Notes: generated by a model from the sequence alone, not told the origin. A stretch of 64,000 nucleotides of DNA from Dehalococcoidia bacterium (GCA_965249215.1 CBDFLN010000002.1:186662-250661), one strand, 5' to 3'. Counted from the stretch's first letter, positions 1 to 9,168 are shown. Made by a program: numbers and translations.

Positions 1-108
1 AGTGGCCTCCGTCGTTTTTCTCCTCAGCCCTGCGGTGCTGGAGTCGCGCCTGAATGACCGCTATGCGCGGCGGACGCTGGACGCATCCGGCGGCCAGGTA
101 GTTACCCA

Positions 109-1017
109 TTGGTTCAGCGACATGACGTAGCCGTGGTGGTGGACAGCAGTTGCTGTCTGCCGCCGGAACTCCTGCGCCAGTGGAATATCACCGTCGTTCC
201 CCACCAACTGGTAATTGGCGACCGCTCTTTTCGAGACGGCGTAGACATCCGGCCCGATGAGTTCTATCGCCTGCTCGCCCGGGATGATCACACTGCCCTG
301 TCCACCGCCGCTCCCCAGCCCGGCCACTTCCTGGAGGGATTCCTCGCCGCAGGTCGGCTGGCGCCCAACGTTCTGTGCTTGACCCTCCCCACCGAGTTCA
401 GCGCCGCCTACCGCTCCGCCTGCGCCGCGGCGGAGGCGGCCGACGGCAGGTTGGCAGGCGCCAAGGTCCAGGTCTTGGACAGCCGCGCCGCCGCCGGAGG
501 CTCCGGCCTGGTCGCTCTCGCCGCTGCCCGCTGGGCCGCGGAGGGCTTGCGCCTGGATGATATTGCGGCCCGCGTCCAGCGACTGTCGCCCCGGGTAGGT
601 CTCCTGGCCTTTCTGGACACCGTCCGCTACCTTAGACGCAGCGGACGCGTGCGGGCGCTTGACGCTTGGGCCGGCGCCCTGTTCAACATTAAGCCCCTTA
701 CCGAGCTGCGCCAGGGCGAGGCCCGTATGCTGGACAAGCCCCGGGGACGGGCCAATGCCGCCCGGCGCCTGTTGGACGTGATGCGCCAGCGGGTCGCCGG
801 AAAGCCTGTCGTCGTCAACGTCATGGAAGCCGATGCCCCTCAAGACGCCCAGGAACTTTGCCGGCAAATCCAGGCTGAGTTCGACTGCCGAGAAATCATC
901 AACAGCCAGTTCACCCCGGTGATGGGCCTGCACACCGGCCCAGGGTTGCTGGGCGTTGCATTCTACGTGGATGACGGCGTTGATGACGGAGACGGCGGAG
1001 CGCCGGAGGGCCCGTGA
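109..1017 (+). CDS. DegV family (fatty-acid-binding, FakB-like) protein
   Basis: 302-aa ORF. The N-terminus VAVVVDSSCCLP..ITVVP and the length fit the DegV family. The TTG start at 109 is uncertain. Antisense ORF 61..933 is a GC-rich shadow. Confidence 0.8.
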   Translation: MVQRHDVAVVVDSSCCLPPELLRQWNITVVPHQLVIGDRSFRDGVDIRPDEFYRLLARDDHTALSTAAPQPGHFLEGFLAAGRLAPNVLCLTLPTEFSAAYRSACAAAEAADGRLAGAKVQVLDSRAAAGGSGLVALAAARWAAEGLRLDDIAARVQRLSPRVGLLAFLDTVRYLRRSGRVRALDAWAGALFNIKPLTELRQGEARMLDKPRGRANAARRLLDVMRQRVAGKPVVVNVMEADAPQDAQELCRQIQAEFDCREIINSQFTPVMGLHTGPGLLGVAFYVDDGVDDGDGGAPEGP

Positions 1018-1643
1018 TGAACGATCAATTGAACGATCGGGCGCGCCGCGACGCCGCCTTAGCCAGGGACGCGCTGGAACTCCACCGCCCGCCCCGCCAG
1101 GGCGGCCCTCCCGCGGGTGTCCTGGTCGCCTTGAGCGGCCCGCCCGGCGTAGGCAAGTCCCATTTCGCCGCGCAGCTGGCCGAAAAACTCCCCTGCGTCG
1201 TCCTGGAAAGCGACCGCATTCGCAAGCTCCTGGTCGCCAAACCCCGGTACACCGGGCAAGAGCACGGCCGCGTCTTCGCCGTATGCCATCTCCTCGTGGA
1301 AGAATGCCTGGCCCGCGGCCATCGCGTCGTCTTCGACGCCACCAATCTCAGCGAGGCTGTCCGCCGCCCCCTGCGGCGAATCTGCCGCCGCTTGTCCGTT
1401 CCCCTGCTGTGGGTGCGCGTCACCGCCCCGTTGGATGTTGTGAAACAGCGGTTGGCCGGAAGGGACGCCGGGGAACCGGACGGCTTTTCCGATGCCGGGT
1501 GGGACGTCTACTGCCGCATGGCCCCCGGCGAAGAACCTATTAAAGGCCCGCATTTCAACGTCGATTCATCCGGCGACATCACTGGCGCAGTCGACCAGAT
1601 CGCCCGCCAGGCCTCGGCCTCCGGCGACCCCGTTGTCCGTTGA
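1017..1643 (+). CDS. P-loop small kinase-like protein (AAA_33 / zeta-toxin-like fold)
   Basis: Walker A GPPGVGKS lies near the N-terminus of a ~208-aa protein. GGAGG sits 7 nt upstream of ATG 1017. The start overlaps the degV stop (GTGATGA). Confidence 0.6.
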   Translation: MNDQLNDRARRDAALARDALELHRPPRQGGPPAGVLVALSGPPGVGKSHFAAQLAEKLPCVVLESDRIRKLLVAKPRYTGQEHGRVFAVCHLLVEECLARGHRVVFDATNLSEAVRRPLRRICRRLSVPLLWVRVTAPLDVVKQRLAGRDAGEPDGFSDAGWDVYCRMAPGEEPIKGPHFNVDSSGDITGAVDQIARQASASGDPVVR

Positions 1644-1671
1644 CCCCACTCTGTAAAAGAAAGTTGGAGAT

Positions 1672-3189
1672 ATGAAAATAACCGTAGCCGTTGACGAAGT
1701 GACCCAAGTCGATACCCCGGCCCTGGTGGTCAATCTGTTCAAAGGCGTCACTGAGCCAGGCGGCGCTACCGGGGCCGTGGACAAGGCCCTTGACGGGGCC
1801 ATCTCCCGGCTCATCAAGGAAGGCGAGATAAAGGGCAACCAGGGCTCGATTAGCCTGCTGCACACCATGGGCAAAATCGCACCCCAACGGGTGGTGGTTG
1901 TCGGCTTGGGGCCCGCCGACAAGCTCGACGCCCAGGTTGTGCGCCAGGTTTCAGGCGACGCGGCCCGCTATCTCAGGCAGCGGGGCATCGCCAGCGCCGC
2001 CTCTATAGCCCACGGCGCCGGCCTTGGCGGCATGGACCCCGCCGCCTCAGGCCAGGCCATCGCCGAGGGCGCCCTCCTCGGCCTTTATCGCTTCGATTCC
2101 TATCTCTCCTCCAACGACGACCGGCCGCAAAGCTCCTTGGAAGAACTGGTCATCGTAGACCGGGACGCCGACCGGGCGGACGGCATCCGCTCCGGAGTTG
2201 CCGCCGGTGAAATCATGGCCCAAGGCGCAATCCTGGCCCGGGACATGGTCAACGAGCCGGCCAACGTCATGACGCCCACCCGGATGGCCGAGACCGCCGA
2301 ACGGGTTGCAGGTTCCGATGGCCTGTCTTTAACCGTGTTCGAGGCGTCCCAAATGCGGGAAATGGGCATGGGAGCCTTGCTCGGCGTCGCCCAGGGCAGC
2401 GATCAACCGCCGAAGTTAATAGTCTTGGAGTACGAAGGCGACCCCGAACGCCCTGAGAACAACCTGGGGCTGGTGGGCAAAGGCATCACCTTTGACACCG
2501 GCGGCATTTCCCTGAAGCAGCCCGGCGGCATGGAAGCCATGAAGGGCGATATGGCCGGCGGCGCGTCCGTTATCGCAGCCATGCAGGTCATCGCCCGCCT
2601 TCAGCCCAAAATAAACGTCACCGGCATCATCGCCGCCACCGAGAATATGCCCGGCGGCTCGGCCCAGCGCCCCGGAGACGTGGTGCGGGCCATGAACGGC
2701 AAGACCATCGAGGTTATTAACACCGACGCCGAGGGCCGCCTGGTGCTGGCCGACGCCCTGTGCTGGGCCCGCCAGAAGGGCATCACCCGGCTGGTCGACG
2801 TGGCCACACTCACCGGGGCCATGGTCGTCTCGTTGGGCAAGGCCTGCACCGGCGTCATGGGCAACGACCAGGCCTTAGTGGACCAGATCGCCGCCGCCGG
2901 TGACGACGCAGGGGAGAGATTCTGGCAGCTTCCCATGTTCGACGAGTACAAAGACCTGATTAAGAGCGACGTGGCGGACATGAAGAATTCAGGGGGCCGC
3001 CAGGCCGGTTCCATCACCGCCGCCTTCCTGCTCTCCGAGTTCGTCGACGGTGCAGCCTGGGTCCACCTGGACATTGCGGGCACTTCCACCGCTGCCAGCA
3101 CCAAGGGATACCAGGTCAAGGGCGCTTCCGGCGTGCCCGTCCGCACCCTGGCCCAGTTGGCCTGCCGCCTGGCCCAGGAAGCGGCTTAG
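1672..3189 (+). CDS. pepA: leucyl aminopeptidase (M17)
   Basis: 505 aa with the M17 motifs GKGITFDTGGISLK and NTDAEGRL. Confidence 0.9.
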   Translation: MKITVAVDEVTQVDTPALVVNLFKGVTEPGGATGAVDKALDGAISRLIKEGEIKGNQGSISLLHTMGKIAPQRVVVVGLGPADKLDAQVVRQVSGDAARYLRQRGIASAASIAHGAGLGGMDPAASGQAIAEGALLGLYRFDSYLSSNDDRPQSSLEELVIVDRDADRADGIRSGVAAGEIMAQGAILARDMVNEPANVMTPTRMAETAERVAGSDGLSLTVFEASQMREMGMGALLGVAQGSDQPPKLIVLEYEGDPERPENNLGLVGKGITFDTGGISLKQPGGMEAMKGDMAGGASVIAAMQVIARLQPKINVTGIIAATENMPGGSAQRPGDVVRAMNGKTIEVINTDAEGRLVLADALCWARQKGITRLVDVATLTGAMVVSLGKACTGVMGNDQALVDQIAAAGDDAGERFWQLPMFDEYKDLIKSDVADMKNSGGRQAGSITAAFLLSEFVDGAAWVHLDIAGTSTAASTKGYQVKGASGVPVRTLAQLACRLAQEAA

Positions 3190-3495
3190 CCCCGCCCAGC
3201 CGCCTGGCTCAGGAAGCGACTTAGCCCCGCCCAGCCGCCTGGCCCAGGAAGCGGCTTAGCCCCGCCCTGCCGCCTGGCCCAGGAAGCGACTTAGCCCCGC
3301 CCAGCCGCCTGGCTCAGGAAGCGACTTAGCCCCGCCTAGCCGCCTGGCCCAGGAAGCGGCTTAGCCCCGCCCAGCCGCCTGGCCCAGGAAGCGGCTTAGC
3401 CCCGCCCAGCCGCCTGGCCCAGGAAGCGACTTAGCCCCGCCTAGCCGCCTGGCGCAAGAAGCGGCTTAGCCCCGCCCAGCCGCCTGGCCCAGGAA
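3165..3495. repeat. 35-bp tandem repeat, about 9.5 contiguous copies
   Basis: Unit CCGCCTGGCCCAGGAAGCGGCTTAGCCCCGCCCAG starts at 3165, 3200, 3235 ... 3480. Two alternating variants occur (GCGGC/GCGAC, GGCCC/GGCTC). The first unit encodes the last codons and stop of pepA. Confidence 0.9.
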
Positions 3496-3628
3496 TCTCT
3501 CCGTTCGTACTGAGGGAAATCGAAGTACCAACGGAGAGACGCCTCCACCATTGCCGGATCCCCGCCGCCGCCGGCCCCAGCCCGTGTGCTATTATGGGCC
3601 TCCAACACGCTGCAAAGGAGTTATCACC

Positions 3629-4651
3629 ATGCCATTTGGAGGCAATGACTGGCTGGCCTTGACCCGGGAAGAGACCCTGGAGCCGGACCTTCCCATCTGC
3701 GACCCCCACCACCACTTCTGGGACTTGCGCACTGCGCGCGTCCCGTACCAGAGATACCTGCTGCACGAACTGGCCGACGATATCAACAGCGGCCACAACG
3801 TGCGCTCCACCGTGTTCATCGAGGCTCGCTCCATGTACCGCGACACGGGGCCCGAGGAGTTGCGCTGCGTCGGCGAGGTCGAATTCGTCCAGGGTCTCGC
3901 CGCCGCCAGCGCCAGCGGCCTATACGGACCCGGCCGCGCTGCCGCGGCCATCGTTGGCAAGGCCGACTTGAACATGGGCGATGGAGTCAAGCCCGTGCTG
4001 GAAGCCTTGCAGGCCGCCAGTCCCAACCGCTTCCGCGGCATCCGCCACTCGGTTACCTGGGACCCCCACCCAGAGGTTGAAAACCAGGCCGCAGGAGCCA
4101 CCCAAGGCATGATGGGCGGCGATAATTTCCGCGCCGGGGCCAGGGTCCTGGAGGCTATGGGACTGTCCTTCGAGGCCTGGATGTTTTTCCACCAGCTACC
4201 GGACCTGGCCGCATTCGCCAAATCCGTTCCCGACCTGACCATCATCCTGAACCACGTCGGAGGCTTGCTACGGACAGGCCCCTACGCCGGCCGGGACGAC
4301 GTGATGGAGACGTGGCGCAACGGCGTTGCCGCCGTGGCCCAGTGCCCCAACGTCAGCGTCAAGTTGGGCGGCATTGGAATGCCCCGCACCGGGTTCGACT
4401 GGTCCGCCCGCAGCGAGCCCATAGGCTCGGAAGAATTGGCCCGCGACATGGCCCCTTTGATGGACTACTGCATCGACAAGTTCGGCCCCGATCGCTGCAT
4501 GTTCGAGAGCAACTTCCCCGTGGACAAGGTCTCCTATTCCTACAACGTCATGTACAACGCCTTCAAGCGCCTGTCCAAGGGCTACTCCCCCTCCGAGCGC
4601 AGCGCCATGTTCCACGACAACGCCGTCCGCGCCTACCGCATCGAGGTCTAG
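3629..4651 (+). CDS. amidohydrolase family protein (amidohydrolase_2-type metal-dependent hydrolase)
   Basis: HxH metal motif in ICDPHHHFWD. AAAGGAG lies 9 nt upstream of ATG 3629, so I trimmed the ORF-track start at 3551. Confidence 0.75.
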   Translation: MPFGGNDWLALTREETLEPDLPICDPHHHFWDLRTARVPYQRYLLHELADDINSGHNVRSTVFIEARSMYRDTGPEELRCVGEVEFVQGLAAASASGLYGPGRAAAAIVGKADLNMGDGVKPVLEALQAASPNRFRGIRHSVTWDPHPEVENQAAGATQGMMGGDNFRAGARVLEAMGLSFEAWMFFHQLPDLAAFAKSVPDLTIILNHVGGLLRTGPYAGRDDVMETWRNGVAAVAQCPNVSVKLGGIGMPRTGFDWSARSEPIGSEELARDMAPLMDYCIDKFGPDRCMFESNFPVDKVSYSYNVMYNAFKRLSKGYSPSERSAMFHDNAVRAYRIEV

Positions 4652-4694
4652 GGGCCAGGCAACTAACCTCCACCTAAACCCCCAACCGGGATAC

Positions 4695-4758
4695 GTTTGC
4701 TTTTAGAGTAGGCTATGTCTGAGCCTAGATATGTCAGCCCCCATAACCGAACGGAGCC
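4695..4758. repeat. direct repeat copy 1 flanking the lipoprotein gene
   Basis: GTTTGCTTTTAGAGTAGG...CCCCATAACCGAACGGAGCC recurs at 5987-6045 in the same orientation (about 85 percent identical by eye, with a 5-nt indel). Confidence 0.75.
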
Positions 4759-5909
4759 ACCGTGTAAGCCGGGCCAATACTGTATGCAACGTCGCCGCTG
4801 CCGGGGCGGTCGGAGAACAGGTCGATGGCGCTCACATCACGCTCCCCGAGATCCACTGGAGGCGCTGACGCTTCCGGGGTTGTCGCGGGTAGCAAAGGTT
4901 CAAATGGTTTGTGGTAAATATTTTCCAAAGTGAAGCCGTCGTATGCGGCGCCATCGACGCCATATTGGTAGATGACCTTCAAGCTTGCGGGATGGCCTAA
5001 GATGTGGTCGTACGTTACACGCAGATAGCGGGGCGGGTTAGAACTCAAGGCATGCTCAAGATGCTCAAACAGGTCGTCGATGGTCCTGTAGGAGTAGTCG
5101 GAAACATGTTCTTCAGCTAAAGTCTCCCCGGACTCCCCGTCGATGACCGACTCGATTACCCCGTTCCTGACAGCGATCTTAAGGTCCTTTGAATCTTCCG
5201 GGCATTCACACAGCGGCCTGATTCTCAAATCATAGTTGTCTGAGCCCATGGCGTACCATTCGTCCTTGGCTGAGGAGAGTTCCTCCTTCGCTAAATCAAC
5301 GTCATACAGTGGTTCCTGTGGTTTCGAAGGGTCGACGGGTTCGTAGACAATCGACGTCAGGCTATATCCATCGTCGGGCGTGTTCGTATCACTTACCCCC
5401 CAGGAAGTGGGATAGCCCAAGGTGGGATGATATTTCGCACCCAGTCTGTAGGCCCTGGTGCGCAAGGCGCTGTTGATCTCGGAAAACAGGGCGCCAATGG
5501 TCTTGTTGGCGTAGACGACCTCATCTTCGGTTAACGCCTCTCCGGAATACAAGTCAATAACTAACTCGATGGCGCCGTTCCTGACAACGATCTTGAGGGT
5601 CGTTGAAGATTCCGGGCATAGACACAGCGCCTCGATTTCCAGATTATAGTTGGCTGAGCCTTTGGCGTACCATTTGTCCTTGGCCTCGGCAAGTTTCTCC
5701 TTTTCAAAGTCGACGTCATAAGCGGGCTCACGCGTCGGAGCAGACGTTGGGGTAGGTGTTGGAGCGGACGTTGGGGTAGATGTTGGAGCAGATGTTGGAG
5801 AAGGTTGATTACTGTTCCCCGCGCCGTCGCTGCACGCGACTAAGACCATCAGGAAAGACAGCGCTGTCAGAATAGCAGCCGGTCCAGCGGAACTTTTTGT
5901 AGAACACAT
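4734..5909 (-). CDS. lipoprotein with an internally duplicated ~150-aa domain, function unknown
   Basis: Signal peptide plus lipobox (LMVLVAC), then a PTSA-rich linker. Two homologous halves follow (DVDFEKEKLAEAKDKWYAKGSANY.. and DVDLAKEELSSAKDEWYAMGSDNY..). GC is visibly lower than in the neighbours. Confidence 0.6.
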   Translation of the reverse strand: MCSTKSSAGPAAILTALSFLMVLVACSDGAGNSNQPSPTSAPTSTPTSAPTPTPTSAPTREPAYDVDFEKEKLAEAKDKWYAKGSANYNLEIEALCLCPESSTTLKIVVRNGAIELVIDLYSGEALTEDEVVYANKTIGALFSEINSALRTRAYRLGAKYHPTLGYPTSWGVSDTNTPDDGYSLTSIVYEPVDPSKPQEPLYDVDLAKEELSSAKDEWYAMGSDNYDLRIRPLCECPEDSKDLKIAVRNGVIESVIDGESGETLAEEHVSDYSYRTIDDLFEHLEHALSSNPPRYLRVTYDHILGHPASLKVIYQYGVDGAAYDGFTLENIYHKPFEPLLPATTPEASAPPVDLGERDVSAIDLFSDRPGSGDVAYSIGPAYTVAPFGYGG

Positions 5910-5986
5910 GAATTATCTCCCCATTCACCTGCTTTGGTATAGGGCGTATATGGCCATCACGTCGAACGGACGCGGTGAGCAACGAA

Positions 5987-6045
5987 GTTTGCTTTTGGAG
6001 TACGTCCGAGCTTGGATATGCCAGACCCCATAACCGAACAGAGCC
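5987..6045. repeat. direct repeat copy 2 flanking the lipoprotein gene
   Basis: Matches 4695-4758. Lies between the 5-prime side of the lipoprotein gene and the AKR stop codon. Confidence 0.75.
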
Positions 6046-6067
6046 CTCAGCGGAGCCGGTACTAGCC

Positions 6068-7081
6068 CTACGGGCTAACGTACTGCGGCGGGTAGGGGTT
6101 CACGCTGTGCTTGGCGAAAACCTCGTCTATCCGTCGCATATCCTCGGCCGAGAGGGCCCACTCCAGCGCCCCCAGGTCCTCTTCCAGCTCCTGGTCGTTC
6201 AGGATGCCTACCAGGGCAGTGCCAACCGCAGGGTTTGCCAAGACCCACCTCAGCGCGAGCTGCGGCAGGGTCTTGCCGAGGCTCTCCGCGACGGGTTTCA
6301 GGTCGTCGACCAGGTTCACGTTTCGCTTCCACACCGAATCGTCGAAAATGTCCACCACCACCTCCGGCGCGTCTCCCCTCATGCGCCAGTCCACTTCCTC
6401 GAAGTTCTTCGGCACCGTGCAGGTCCCGGACAGCAGGCCGGAGGCCAATGCCCCCCAGCCCATCACTCCAATGTCCTCTTGCTCGCAATGGGGGATGATC
6501 TCTGTGTCCACCCGCCTGTCGAAAGCGTTGTAGTGGTACTGCGCCGCATCCACCCGCCGGATAGCGTTGCATTCCTTGACTTGGGCAAGGCTGTGATTCG
6601 AGAGGCCCACGTACCTCGCCTTCCCCTGCTGCACCAGGCTGTCCAGGGTCTCCATGGTCTCCTCGAAAGGCGTGTGGGGGTCCGGATAATGCACCAGCAG
6701 CACGTCTATGTAGTCGGTCTGCATCCGCTCCAGGCTCTGTTCCACCAGGGGCAGTATGTAGTCCCTTCGGCTGTCCCGGCCCGGCCGCGGCCGGTCGAGC
6801 TCCGATCCCTGCCAGCCCAGGCCGCACTTAGTCACCAGCGCCACGTCCTTGCGGCGCGTGCCGAGGGCCCTTCCCAGCATCTTTTCCGAGTCCCCCAGTC
6901 CGTAGTGGGGCGCGGTATCGAAGCAGTTGATGCCCATGTCGATGGCCCGGTTTACCGTGGCGCACATCTGGTCGATATAGTCGTCCCCCCACAGTCCTTT
7001 GGTCGGCTTTGACGCGTCATGACAGCCGTAGCCTATGGCTGACACCGTGATGTCCGTTGCTCCGAATTTGCGGTATTCCAT
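6068..7081 (-). CDS. aldo/keto reductase (paralogue 1)
   Basis: Starts at MEYRKFG (ATG 7081), as in the two paralogues. AKR-typical CFDTAP.YG and DVLLVHYPD motifs. The upstream ORF extension to 7246 is discarded. Confidence 0.85.
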   Translation of the reverse strand: MEYRKFGATDITVSAIGYGCHDASKPTKGLWGDDYIDQMCATVNRAIDMGINCFDTAPHYGLGDSEKMLGRALGTRRKDVALVTKCGLGWQGSELDRPRPGRDSRRDYILPLVEQSLERMQTDYIDVLLVHYPDPHTPFEETMETLDSLVQQGKARYVGLSNHSLAQVKECNAIRRVDAAQYHYNAFDRRVDTEIIPHCEQEDIGVMGWGALASGLLSGTCTVPKNFEEVDWRMRGDAPEVVVDIFDDSVWKRNVNLVDDLKPVAESLGKTLPQLALRWVLANPAVGTALVGILNDQELEEDLGALEWALSAEDMRRIDEVFAKHSVNPYPPQYVSP

Positions 7082-7330
7082 CGCTCTGCTGCCTCCAACG
7101 AGTTGGGTTCCTGCGCAATCATGGGACCTGACCGGTTGTCCCCGGCTCCGGTCGTCCAATAGTACATCAATCACCGCCGCCCAATCCACCAACTGCTCAT
7201 TCCGCCGCCAACCAACCCTGGAGCAACGGTCCTCTCGGCGCGGCACCCACCCTGTCTCGTTGACAACGACAGACTCAAATTGATATAAGCTTCTACAGGC
7301 GTACAGCCAAGACGAGGGGGAATCAACAAC

Positions 7331-7696
7331 ATGAGCAGTTCCAATGATGGCCCAGTAGGCGTCCTGCGCATGGTAGGCATCGACGTGGGGGACTTGGACC
7401 GGGCCAAGGAGTTCTGGTCCGCTATCCTAGGGCTAGAGGAAGAGAGCCGGGGCCCCGAATACCTGTTGTTCGTCAGGCGTCCGGGCGAGCCCATCATCTA
7501 CTTGCAAAAGGTGCCGGAGAAAAAGATCATCAAGAACCGGATGCACTTCGACATCGCCGTCAAAGACCTGGATGTAGGCGTCGACCGGGCGCTTGCCCTG
7601 GGCGCGACGAGGTCCCGGACTATCCCCGGAGGCGGACCCCACGTTGCAGTCCTGGAAGACCCCGACGGCAACGAGTTCTGCCTGGTCATGCACTAG
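7331..7696 (+). CDS. VOC (glyoxalase/bleomycin-resistance/dioxygenase) family protein
   Basis: 121 aa, with GIDVGDLDRAKEFW .. MHFDIAV .. LEDPDGNEFCLV, typical of a single VOC module. Confidence 0.75.
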   Translation: MSSSNDGPVGVLRMVGIDVGDLDRAKEFWSAILGLEEESRGPEYLLFVRRPGEPIIYLQKVPEKKIIKNRMHFDIAVKDLDVGVDRALALGATRSRTIPGGGPHVAVLEDPDGNEFCLVMH

Positions 7697-7784
7697 TTAG
7701 CCGGCAGCAGTGACCAAAACTGCGTAGGGGGCGGGGATAAATGTGCCCCCTGGCAGGCTAACTGCCTTAGGCTAACGTCGAATT

Positions 7785-8157
7785 CCCCGTTCACCGTGAG
7801 CCTGTCCAAATCACCCGTTCACACTGAGCTTGTCGAAGTGCGCCGCCGCCCGTTCGTTTGGTTCGAGAGCCTCACCACGAACGGGCTACCAGCCTGGGCG
7901 CACCACGAACGGGCTGCCAATCTTCACCCGTTGACACTGAGCTTGTCGAAGTGCGCCGCCGCCCGTTCGTCTGGTTCGAGAGCCTCACCATGAACGGGCT
8001 ACCAGCCTGGGCGCACCACGAACGGGCTACCATCCTGGGCGCACTACGAACGGGCTGCCAGTCTGGGCGCACTACGAACGGGCTGCCAGTCTGGGCGCAC
8101 CACGAACGGGCTGCCAATCTTCACCCGTTCACCCTGAGCTAGTCGAAGGGCCCGCCG
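7785..8157. repeat. REP/MITE-like composite repeat array (family A)
   Basis: Repeated modules CCCGTTCAC(N)TGAGCNTGTCGAAG, GGTTCGAGAGCCTCACCA and 28-bp units CGAACGGGCTRCCANNCTGGGCGCACYA (x ~4.5). Hairpin arms GAACGGG/CCCGTTC. ORF-track peptides here are translations of the repeat. Confidence 0.8.
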
Positions 8158-9168
8158 CTACGGGTCTACCATCACGGGCGGGTGCGTATCGACGCCGTAC
8201 TTGGCGAACACCTCGTCTATCTCGCGCATCTCCTCGCCCGATATAGCCCACCCCAGCACCCCCAGGTTCTCTTCCAATTCCCGGCTGTTTATCGTCCCCA
8301 CCAGGGCCGCGCTCACCGCCGGGTTGGACAGCACCCACCTCAAGGATAGCTGGGCGATGGTCTTGCCCCGCCTCTCTGCGATGGGTTTAAGCTCGTCCAC
8401 CAGGCGTATGTTACTTTGGAAGATGTCATGGGCATACTGCCCCTTCATAATCTCGCCGGCGGCGTCTCCCTTTGCCCGCCAGTCCGAATCGCTGAACGTA
8501 GTGTCCGCGGTGAATGCGCCCGCCAGCAAGCCCGACGCCATCGAGCCCCACACCATCACCCCCAAGCCCTGCTCCCGGCACCAGGGGAATATCTCCGGCT
8601 CCATCCGACGGTCGAACATGTTCAACTGGTATTGAGCGATCTCCAGCGGCCGGATCTCGTGGCACTTCTTGATCTGGGCCTCCGCGAAGTTGGACACCCC
8701 CAAATATCTAACCTTCCCCTGCTGCACCAAGGTGTCCATGGCGTCCATGGTCTCCTCGAAAGGCGTGCCCGTATCCGGGAAGTGGCACAACAGCACGTCT
8801 ATGTAGTCAGTTTGCAGCCTTTGCAGGCTTGATTCCACCAGGGGCAGTATGTTCTCCCTCCGGGCATCCCTGCCCTTGGGCCTGCCCTCCGCCGATCCCT
8901 CGAACCCGAACCCGCACTTGGTCACGACCACCACGTCCTTCCGCTGCGGGCCCAGGGCCTTGCCCAACATTAACTCCGATGCGCCGCCGCCGTACACCGG
9001 CGCCGTGTCGAAACACGTGATTCCCAGGTCCAGGGCCCGGCGAACCGCCGCGCCCATTTCGTCGCCGTAGCCTCCGCCGCCTGCTACTTGCGGTACGCTG
9101 GCATCCCAGCAACCACAGCCCAGCACCGATACCGTTAGGTCCGTTGGTCCGAATTGTCGGTATTCCAT
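8158..9168 (-). CDS. aldo/keto reductase (paralogue 2)
   Basis: Starts at MEYRQFG (ATG 9168). Collinear with 6068-7081 and 10233-11219. Confidence 0.85.
   Translation of the reverse strand: MEYRQFGPTDLTVSVLGCGCWDASVPQVAGGGGYGDEMGAAVRRALDLGITCFDTAPVYGGGASELMLGKALGPQRKDVVVVTKCGFGFEGSAEGRPKGRDARRENILPLVESSLQRLQTDYIDVLLCHFPDTGTPFEETMDAMDTLVQQGKVRYLGVSNFAEAQIKKCHEIRPLEIAQYQLNMFDRRMEPEIFPWCREQGLGVMVWGSMASGLLAGAFTADTTFSDSDWRAKGDAAGEIMKGQYAHDIFQSNIRLVDELKPIAERRGKTIAQLSLRWVLSNPAVSAALVGTINSRELEENLGVLGWAISGEEMREIDEVFAKYGVDTHPPVMVDP

Noticed and set aside
61-933. 290-aa ORF antisense to degV. The same applies to 5975-7012(+), 26859-27878(-), 30147-31505(+), 37795-38628(-), 47337-48233(-), 48723-49469(-) and 55398-56753(-).
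   Set aside because: All lie opposite genes with clear family motifs. All have Arg/Gly/Pro/Ala-rich low-complexity composition, typical of shadow ORFs in high-GC DNA, and none shows a recognisable motif.
3165-3495. Possible CRISPR array (regular 35-bp periodicity)
   Set aside because: The units are directly contiguous with no unique spacers, only two near-identical variants, and no cas genes nearby. It is a plain tandem repeat.
7858-7870. tRNA-like GGTTCGA motif (also at 32837)
   Set aside because: It is part of the repeat unit. No acceptor stem, anticodon arm or CCA context could be built around it.
7796-8142. ORFs 7796-7993, 7858-8142 and 7872-8117; likewise 32775-33162
   Set aside because: They are translations of the family A repeat arrays, giving periodic peptides such as SLSTNGLPSLPFTLS. 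They are not genes.
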